This document shows, piece by piece, positions 28,020 through 34,715 of a DNA stretch of 56,889 bases. This DNA comes from Oscillospiraceae bacterium. GTDB lineage: Bacteria > Bacillota > Clostridia > Oscillospirales > Oscillospiraceae. Position numbers and translations under genes: made by a program. The notes below the pieces were generated by a model. It was not told where the DNA came from. It saw only the letters and a list, made by a program, of their open reading frames with translations, and made no database searches. The stretch is from the NCBI GenBank assembly GCA_902803575.1, contig CADCQK010000259.1:1-56889 (forward strand), given 5' to 3'. How positions within the stretch are numbered: position 1 is the stretch's first letter; each line of letters opens with the position of its first letter.

Positions 28020-29000
28020 ATGATTCGAATTTACGGAACCCTTGGACCCGCCAGTGAGAGCAAGGAAATCCTGAAAGAAATGCTGCGCGCCGGTATGACC
28101 GGCATTCGGCTGAATCTCTCACACAGTATGCTCGCAGAGGCCGCCGCTGATCTGGATGCGCTGCGTGCGGCAGAAAAAGAGACCGGCATCCCTTCGGAGC
28201 TGCTCATCGATCTGCAGGGGCCGGAGGTGCGCATCGGAAAGCTTCCGAAACCGCTGGAGCTGGAAATAGGCAGCAGCGTCAAGTTCGGAGAAGAGATCCC
28301 GGTGCCGCTGGCGGTCCTTCAGGCGCTGCAGCCGGGACAGAAGCTGCTGCTGGATGATGGAAAGCTGCTGCTGGAGATGGTAACGGAAACCGAAGCGAAG
28401 GTGCTGCGCGGCGGAATGCTCGCCAGCCGGAAGAGCCTCGCCATCGAGGGCGTGGATCTGCACCTCCCTGCGCTGACCGACGAAGATCGCGTCAATCTGT
28501 CCCACGCAGCGGAATTTGGCGTGACCGCAGTCATGCAGCCCTTTGTGCGGGGTGCAGAGGATCTGGTAACGCTGAGAAAGGCACTGGACGACGCTGGCGG
28601 GTCCCACATCAAGATTTTTGCCAAGGTTGAGAATCAGTCCGGCGTACAGCATCTGCCGGAGCTGCTCCCTCATTGTGATGAGATCATCATTGCCCGGGGC
28701 GATCTCGGGAATGCCGTGACGCTGCTTCAGCTCCCGGCAGTGCAAAAAGAAATCGCTGCGATCTGCCGGAGGGCCGGGAAGCCGTTTCTGGTGGTGACCC
28801 AGCTACTGGCCAGCATGGAGCACGCGCCGATCCCCACCAGAGCGGAGGTCAGCGACATTTTCAACGCGGTTCAGGATGGCGCGGATTCCCTGATGCTCAC
28901 CGGGGAGACCGCCGTCGGAGCCTATCCCGTGGATTCGATTCGCTGGCTTCGGGATGCCGCAGATGCAGCTGAGGATTACAGAAATGAAAAAACGCGCTGA
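28020..29000 (+). CDS. Pyruvate kinase-like protein, barrel domains only (326 aa, no C-terminal regulatory domain)
   Basis: GTLGPAS, RLNLSHS, DLQGPEVR, KVENQSG, IIARGDLG, VTQLLASM and PTRAEVSDIFNAVQDGADSLMLTGETAVGAYP motifs. Confidence 0.8.
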   Translation: MIRIYGTLGPASESKEILKEMLRAGMTGIRLNLSHSMLAEAAADLDALRAAEKETGIPSELLIDLQGPEVRIGKLPKPLELEIGSSVKFGEEIPVPLAVLQALQPGQKLLLDDGKLLLEMVTETEAKVLRGGMLASRKSLAIEGVDLHLPALTDEDRVNLSHAAEFGVTAVMQPFVRGAEDLVTLRKALDDAGGSHIKIFAKVENQSGVQHLPELLPHCDEIIIARGDLGNAVTLLQLPAVQKEIAAICRRAGKPFLVVTQLLASMEHAPIPTRAEVSDIFNAVQDGADSLMLTGETAVGAYPVDSIRWLRDAADAAEDYRNEKTR

Positions 29001-29016
29001 AATCAGCGCGTTTTTC
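28986..29016. terminator. Bidirectional rho-independent terminator closing the minus-strand block
   Basis: AAAAA-ACGCGCTGA-AA-TCAGCGCGT-TTTT. It overlaps the stop codon at 28998-29000. Confidence 0.85.
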
Positions 29017-29022
29017 GTTTAA

Positions 29023-29874
29023 TCAGATAAGATCCACCGTGGCGATTCTCGGCTCGAAGCAACAGGTAGGACGGACGCAGACGATCCGGACACCGCTGGC
29101 TCTCTGGGGGCCGACCTTCATGAAGGTGGCGATCACGGAGGTGTTGCCGCCGAGACCCAGGGGTCCGATGTTGGCCTCATTCACTCTGCGGGTGATCTCC
29201 TGCTCCATGTCGCTCTGCACGTCGTAGCGGCCATCCACCTGCGCCTGGAGCATCATGGATGCAGCCTCGAAGTGGCTCCGCCCGACGCCCACCGCCAGCG
29301 TGCAGGGAGAGCAGCCCAACTGTGCTACGCCTTCCTTCGCCCAACTGACGATCTCGTCCAGCACCACCTGGGTGTTGTGCTTGTGGAACACCCGATAGGT
29401 CTTGGCACGGATGGCAGGGCCGCCGCCAAACATGAGGATGTGCAGCCGCAGCACGTTTTCCTCGCAGCGGCGCAGGAGGATCGGAGCAGGCTCCACGCCG
29501 GCGCTGTCAGGGTTCAGACCGCCGCTCTGGTCGATCCGGTGGCTGTCATCCCCCATGATCCCCATGGGGCGGCCAGGGAGCTTTCGGAGCCCCTGCCGGA
29601 CACCCTCGCGGATCTCATCCAGCATCCGACCGGTCACGGCGCAGTCCGGGCCAACCTCCAGCACCAGGTGCGGAATGCCGGAATCATCACAAAGAGGGCT
29701 GCGGTTCTGCTCCGCCGCCTCCGCATTGTCCAATACCGTCTGGAGCACCCATCTGGCCTGCTCGTTCTGCTCTTTTTCGATGGCAGCGCGGTAGGCCGCT
29801 TTTTTGTCCGCGCGGAAGGTGGAGCCGGCCTCCACCAGCGTGTCCCGCACGAGACTTACGATGTCATTTTTCAT
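29023..29874 (-). CDS. Fe-S type hydro-lyase, tartrate/fumarate subfamily, alpha subunit
   Basis: SD GGGAGGAG lies 5 nt before the ATG at 29874. The NRSPLCDDSGIPHL motif corresponds to the CQDTG motif of class I fumarases. Eleven-nt overlap with the beta gene. Confidence 0.8.
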   Translation of the reverse strand: MKNDIVSLVRDTLVEAGSTFRADKKAAYRAAIEKEQNEQARWVLQTVLDNAEAAEQNRSPLCDDSGIPHLVLEVGPDCAVTGRMLDEIREGVRQGLRKLPGRPMGIMGDDSHRIDQSGGLNPDSAGVEPAPILLRRCEENVLRLHILMFGGGPAIRAKTYRVFHKHNTQVVLDEIVSWAKEGVAQLGCSPCTLAVGVGRSHFEAASMMLQAQVDGRYDVQSDMEQEITRRVNEANIGPLGLGGNTSVIATFMKVGPQRASGVRIVCVRPTCCFEPRIATVDLI

Positions 29875-30373
29875 AAATGCTCCTCCCATGGGCTGCGCCG
29901 ATGATCGCAGGGTAGCGATCCACCTTGATCAGATGCAGCGCCTCCATGCCAAGCTCCGGGAAGGCCAGGACCTTCCGCTCGGAGGTCTTAGCCTCCAGCA
30001 GTGCCGTCACCGGCGGGATCACGGCATAGACCGCGTTATATTGATCCAGCGCTTGGATGGTCTCCTTGTGCAGCTCCCCTTTTCCCAGATGCAGCTTGAT
30101 GCCGGCTCTGGACAGCGGGGCGATGCTGCTTTCGATCTCCAGCTTGTTGGAGCTGGTGGGGCCGACGCCGGCCGGACTGACGGCGGTGTGGAAAATCACC
30201 TGACCTCTCAGATCCACGCCAAGCTCCCCCACGGTGCCGTCTTCGATCATTTTCAGCACCTTCGGAAGCACGGCGTCTCGTCCGCAGAGGATATAGCCGC
30301 TGATCTCAACGGTATCTCCCACCTGCAGGGCCGCTGCCGCTTCCTCTGAAATCGGTGTTTTCAATGCAATCAT
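29864..30373 (-). CDS. Fe-S type hydro-lyase, tartrate/fumarate subfamily, beta subunit
   Basis: GDTVEISGYILCGRDAVLPK and HLGKGE motifs, typical of the FumA C-terminal / TtdB domain. Confidence 0.8.
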   Translation of the reverse strand: MIALKTPISEEAAAALQVGDTVEISGYILCGRDAVLPKVLKMIEDGTVGELGVDLRGQVIFHTAVSPAGVGPTSSNKLEIESSIAPLSRAGIKLHLGKGELHKETIQALDQYNAVYAVIPPVTALLEAKTSERKVLAFPELGMEALHLIKVDRYPAIIGAAHGRSIYEK

Positions 30374-30394
30374 ATGAAATCCTCTTCATTCGAT

Positions 30395-30427
30395 TTGACT
30401 GCCTGCTCTTGCGGAACAGGCAGTCAA
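30395..30427 (-). other. Perfect 11-bp inverted repeat (intercistronic stem-loop)
   Basis: TTGACTGCCTG-11 nt-CAGGCAGTCAA between the lyase stop and the beta-subunit SD. No U-tract on the transcribed strand. Confidence 0.5.
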
Positions 30428-30435
30428 TTTGTAAG

Positions 30436-31581
30436 TTACTCATTCACGGCAAAGAGCTTTACATAGCCGCTTTCATTCTTGATCACGCCAAAGGCTCTCG
30501 CCCGGTTGTAGATCTTCTTCGCCCAGTTGGTATGGGGTCTGATCTCGTTCATTTTGTTTCCGCCGGAGCCCTTGACCACACCGCCGTTGGTGCCGAGGAT
30601 CTGACAGGCGTCGTCATATTCCTCCCTGGTCACCGCCATCAAAGCGTTGACGAACTTGACGTGGGTGGGATGGATGACCGTTCTGCCCACAAAGCCGTTG
30701 GCCTTGTCGAGGATCAGCTCCCTCAGCAGACCGTCGATCTCGTTGTTCACCAGCGGCTGACGGCGCATGAGGTAGTCCTCGATCCCGTGGTGGGGCAGCT
30801 CCTCAAACATCAGCTCCTTGGGCGCGCGGAAATACTCCCACACCGGCCCGGAGATCACATAGTCATTGTTGCGGCCGCAGATGTTGATGATGTCGCTGAG
30901 ACACTCACGGACGGTCATAATATCATAAAGACTGTAATCCACCCCGCGGCGCACACCGAACACAGAGCTGAAGTCCGTACCGCCCACGCGCACCTGCAGC
31001 ACCAGATCGTGATACTTGTCCAGGATCTTCTTGATGCCGATCAGCTGCTGCAGCCGGCTCTCCTTGTAGGCGACCTCCGGGTCCTCAATGATGGGCATGC
31101 CATAGAGGATCTCTCCGAAGCGATCGTTCAGATCCTGCAGGTAGGCATAGTACTCATAGCCGTTCTCCGCGTTGAATTTTGGAAAATTGACGCCGCAGAG
31201 AGAACGGACCTCCTGCTTGGTCAGCTTTTCCCCAAAGGCTTTGAACTGGGCCAGGTTCCGGATGCGGACGAAGATCAGCGGCACATAGTCCGGGTCCAGC
31301 GTGCCGTTGTCCACAGCCTCGGTGACCGTGGAAAGCAGATGGTGGACATTCTCCATGGCCTCCGGTACTCTCTCCTCCGGGCAGGCGTCCTCGAAGCAGA
31401 GGACCATGGTGGTCAGTCCGGGCATGGCGTGCTCCAGGATCTTCGGTGTAAAATCCTTGTACCCCGGCATATACATTGTGGCGCCCAGACAGTACTGGAG
31501 CAGCTCACGCTCCGTGTACTTGTTAAAATGCTCCGGCTCGACCACGAACTTGAAATCCGGGTTATACATGTGGTGTCTCAT
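30436..31581 (-). CDS. HpcH/HpaI aldolase / citrate lyase beta (CitE)-like TIM-barrel C-C lyase, long form (381 aa)
   Basis: The LCFEDACPEE motif corresponds to the CitE D/E-L-E-D-A metal motif. RVGGTDF and VIHPTHV motifs are also present. SD AAGGAAG lies 9 nt upstream. Confidence 0.65.
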   Translation of the reverse strand: MRHHMYNPDFKFVVEPEHFNKYTERELLQYCLGATMYMPGYKDFTPKILEHAMPGLTTMVLCFEDACPEERVPEAMENVHHLLSTVTEAVDNGTLDPDYVPLIFVRIRNLAQFKAFGEKLTKQEVRSLCGVNFPKFNAENGYEYYAYLQDLNDRFGEILYGMPIIEDPEVAYKESRLQQLIGIKKILDKYHDLVLQVRVGGTDFSSVFGVRRGVDYSLYDIMTVRECLSDIINICGRNNDYVISGPVWEYFRAPKELMFEELPHHGIEDYLMRRQPLVNNEIDGLLRELILDKANGFVGRTVIHPTHVKFVNALMAVTREEYDDACQILGTNGGVVKGSGGNKMNEIRPHTNWAKKIYNRARAFGVIKNESGYVKLFAVNE

Positions 31582-31650
31582 TTGTTGCTGCTTCCTTTCG
31601 TCTTGCCGTACCGGTATCCCTGCCGGTACAGCGGAAATCCATGGCCGGGA

Positions 31651-32553
31651 TCAGACCAGGCTGCCCTTGGGAGACCATACGGCCTCGGGGTAGTATTCGT
31701 CGATCATACGCTTGACCAGGCTGCACTGCTTGGCGCGCTTGCGGGCGTCGTCCTCGGTGCTGTCCCAGGAGTGGGTGGCAGCCACAGAGCCGCCGGTCTT
31801 CAGATAGATCGGAGCGGCAATGCGGATCATCTCCGGCACCTCGTAGTGGCGGATGAAGCCGCCGGTGGACTTGGGGTTTTCGGTGTGGATGTCGATGGGG
31901 CAGTCCACCGCCTGACGCATGGCGGCAAGCATCTGCAGCTGGATGTCACGCACCGGGTTGATGGAATCGGCGCCGATGGTCTCCAGCAGCTTGGCGGAGC
32001 AGGGGTTGCCGTGGCCCGCGTGAGCGGAAACCTTGAAGTGGCAGTCCTCGGGGATCTCGCCTGCCTTGCGCATCTCGTTTAAGATCCAGAGGCATCCCTC
32101 GTCATAGACCAGGAAGCCGCGGGCACCCAGACGGGCGGCGCGCTTCACATCCTCAATGGCGCGAATGATCTGCTCCTGACCGCGAAGACGGTAGCCCATG
32201 CGGACGCCCTCTTCGGTGTGGACGGAGGCGGAAGTGTCCGTGGTGGCGCGGGGACCGATGGCCAGAATCAGATCCGTCTGCCACTGGTGAGCAAGCTCCA
32301 CCATCTTGCCGATCTCCTGATCCGTCAGACGCATGATGCCCTGGGTCTGGGTCACACGGTGCAGATACAGGCCGTAGGAGTCCATGGCCTCCAGCAGCGC
32401 GCGCATGACCTTGGGCCCCTGAATGCCGGGGACCTCAAAGCGGAACTGGCCGCCGTCCTTGAAGCGCTTCTCAGAAGTGGGCAGATCATAAGCGTCCCCG
32501 CCGGGGAGGCCGACAGATTTCAGGAATTCTCTGGTTTGCTCCATGCTGTTCAT
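31651..32553 (-). CDS. Conserved hypothetical enzyme, probable alpha/beta barrel, family unassigned (300 aa)
   Basis: SD GGAGAAAGGA lies 7 nt before the ATG at 32553. The sequence is globular with alternating hydrophobic and charged segments, plus His-rich segments SAHAGHGNP and IDIHTEN. The opposite-strand ORF is low-complexity. Confidence 0.6.
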   Translation of the reverse strand: MNSMEQTREFLKSVGLPGGDAYDLPTSEKRFKDGGQFRFEVPGIQGPKVMRALLEAMDSYGLYLHRVTQTQGIMRLTDQEIGKMVELAHQWQTDLILAIGPRATTDTSASVHTEEGVRMGYRLRGQEQIIRAIEDVKRAARLGARGFLVYDEGCLWILNEMRKAGEIPEDCHFKVSAHAGHGNPCSAKLLETIGADSINPVRDIQLQMLAAMRQAVDCPIDIHTENPKSTGGFIRHYEVPEMIRIAAPIYLKTGGSVAATHSWDSTEDDARKRAKQCSLVKRMIDEYYPEAVWSPKGSLV

Positions 32554-32589
32554 GTTCAAATCCTTTCTCCGGCAGTGCCGGACGATGTA

Positions 32590-33720
32590 TTATCCGTTCA
32601 GATCGTCGATCAGTTCGTCGATGGCCGCCCGGTGATCGAAAATGATTGGCGGCAGCTTCCGGGTCAGTCCCTTGTGGATGCGGCAGTCGATGAAGGCTGC
32701 CTTGCCGCAGTCCTTCAACTGAGAAATGGCCTCAATCAGTTCTTCTTTCGTGGTGACCGCGTGGCCGACGGTCGCGTAGCCGCAGGCCTCCGCCGCTTTG
32801 GTAAAGTCCACAAGATGTCCCGCCGAGGGCTGACCGCCCACGGACTCATGGGCGCCGTTGTTCAGCACCACATGGAGGAAGTTTGGCGCCTGCACCTTGC
32901 TGACCATGGTCATGGCACCCATGTGCATCATGGCGGCGGAGTCGCCGTCCAGCGCCACGACGTGCCGTTCCGGTCTGGAAAGCGCGATCCCCAGGGCAAC
33001 CGAGGAGCAATGTCCCATGCTTCCCACATTCAGGAAATCCCGGGCTTTCGTCTCTCCCCGCTTCTCTCTGAGGAAAAACAGTTCTCTGGTGGCGCGTCCG
33101 GTGGTGGCACTGTAGACGGTAACCTCCGGCATGTGGTCGAGGATCACCTCAATGGCCTCTTCCCTGCTCATGGGATAGACATCATCCACATTGTTGGGCT
33201 TGTCGGGATCCGCCATGACGCCCTTGGGAGCAATGAGCGCGTAGATGCCGCGGGTCTCTTTGCAGTAGGTCACCGCTCGCTCCACGGTCTCGCTGAACTT
33301 CCGGTCGTCATCCTCCAGAATCGTATAAGGGATGTGCATCACATCCAGCAGACCCGGGGTGATCTCCCCCTGGAGCTTGTGCTGGGGGTGGTTTGGCTCT
33401 GTGTTTCCCTGGCCGCGCCAGCCGATCAGCAGCAGCATCGGAACAGCGTAAACGTCCCGGTCTGCCAGGCTGGCCAGGGGGTTAATGGTGTTGCCCATGC
33501 CGCTGTTCTGCATGTAGACCAGCGGGATCTCTTTGGTGGCGAAGTAATGCCCCGCCGCGATGCCCACGGCGTTGCCCTCATTGGCGGCGATCACGTTCCG
33601 ATCGCCGCAGTGGAGAAGCGCATAGTTGCAAAACCCGTTCAGATAGGAGTCCGGCACACCGGTGAAATAGGTCACGCCGTGATCCCGGAGGGTTTGAAAT
33701 ACGTTGTTCTGGTCCAGCAT
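32590..33720 (-). CDS. Single-chain ThDP-dependent decarboxylase of the phosphonopyruvate / sulfopyruvate decarboxylase family
   Basis: N-terminus YFTGVPDSYLNGF, then ANEGNAVGIAAGHY, LVYMQNSGMGNTINPL, LLLIGWRG, and a ThDP motif region ALDGDSAAMMHMGAM...NNGAHESVG. At 376 aa it is a fused alpha+beta form. Confidence 0.75.
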   Translation of the reverse strand: MLDQNNVFQTLRDHGVTYFTGVPDSYLNGFCNYALLHCGDRNVIAANEGNAVGIAAGHYFATKEIPLVYMQNSGMGNTINPLASLADRDVYAVPMLLLIGWRGQGNTEPNHPQHKLQGEITPGLLDVMHIPYTILEDDDRKFSETVERAVTYCKETRGIYALIAPKGVMADPDKPNNVDDVYPMSREEAIEVILDHMPEVTVYSATTGRATRELFFLREKRGETKARDFLNVGSMGHCSSVALGIALSRPERHVVALDGDSAAMMHMGAMTMVSKVQAPNFLHVVLNNGAHESVGGQPSAGHLVDFTKAAEACGYATVGHAVTTKEELIEAISQLKDCGKAAFIDCRIHKGLTRKLPPIIFDHRAAIDELIDDLNG

Positions 33721-34701
33721 TTACTTTTTCTCGCCCCCTACCGAGCCCTTGCCCTTGTAGAGCGTGAAATACTCCGGGCTGTCGCCCTTGGTGATGGCCC
33801 AGGCCTGCTCAAAGGCCTCCACCACGTCCTCCGGCAGCGGGCCGGCCTGGATGGTCTTCATGTTCTGCTGCAGATGGTTCAGCTTGGAGGCGCCGATGAG
33901 GATCGCGTCCCCCCGGTCGCCGTTCAGCATCGAATGATAGGCCAGCCAGCGGTAGGTGGCCTCGATGCTGGTAATGCCGTGCTTTGCCGCAGCGGCTTTG
34001 ATGAGATCCACCGCGTCAAAGAAGCTCTTCTTCCAGTAGCGTCCCTGATAGTTGGGCCGATGGGTGAACCGGCCGTCGGTGGGCGCGTCCGTATAGGAGC
34101 CGTACTTGCCTGTCAGCAGACCGCCGCACATGGGGTTATAGGCATAAAACCGCATGCCGAAATGGTTCAGACAGTCGTTGAGCTCCGCCTCGGCTCTGCG
34201 GGTCAGCGGATTGTAAACACCCTCGAAGACCGTGGGCTTCACCCAGCCGTGCCTGTCGCAGATGTGCCACACGTCGGTGACCATCCAGGCCGGGAAATTG
34301 GAAATGCCCAGTTCCTTGAATTTGCCCTGATCATGGAGATCCGCCATGGCCTCCAGAACGGAGATCACGGGCGTGGCGGGGTCCGGGAAATGCAGGAACA
34401 TGATGTCCGCGCAGTCCAGCTTCATCCGCTCCAGGCTCTCGTTGACCTGCATATAGGCCGCTTCCGCGTCCAGCTTGCCGGTGATGCGGGGATTCACCTT
34501 TCCCGCGATCTTGAAGGGCCGGTTCAGGTTCGGCAGCACCTCGCCCAGCAGCCGCTCGCAATTGCCCTCGTTATAAACATAGGCAGTGTCCAGCTCATCG
34601 TAACCCGCATCCAGAAATGCGTTGATAAAAGACTCCACATCCGGGGAAAACACGGATTCCCCGAAGGTCATGGTCCCAAGAATCAGTTTTACGTTGTTCA
34701 T
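33721..34701 (-). CDS. Aldo/keto reductase
   Basis: LGTMTFG, LDTAYVYNEG, HFPD and a LIGASKLNHLQQN-type C-terminus. The stop TAA abuts the next ATG. Confidence 0.85.
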   Translation of the reverse strand: MNNVKLILGTMTFGESVFSPDVESFINAFLDAGYDELDTAYVYNEGNCERLLGEVLPNLNRPFKIAGKVNPRITGKLDAEAAYMQVNESLERMKLDCADIMFLHFPDPATPVISVLEAMADLHDQGKFKELGISNFPAWMVTDVWHICDRHGWVKPTVFEGVYNPLTRRAEAELNDCLNHFGMRFYAYNPMCGGLLTGKYGSYTDAPTDGRFTHRPNYQGRYWKKSFFDAVDLIKAAAAKHGITSIEATYRWLAYHSMLNGDRGDAILIGASKLNHLQQNMKTIQAGPLPEDVVEAFEQAWAITKGDSPEYFTLYKGKGSVGGEKK

Positions 34702-34715
34702 GCCATCACTCCTCC

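Noticed and set aside
31651-32553. Possibility that the 300-aa unknown is a PEP mutase
   Set aside because: Size and position fit, but I find no ICL/PEPM-type blocks (no EDK-x5-NS loop and no N-terminal G-x-S-A...G-F pattern). I therefore kept it as unassigned rather than calling a phosphonate cluster.
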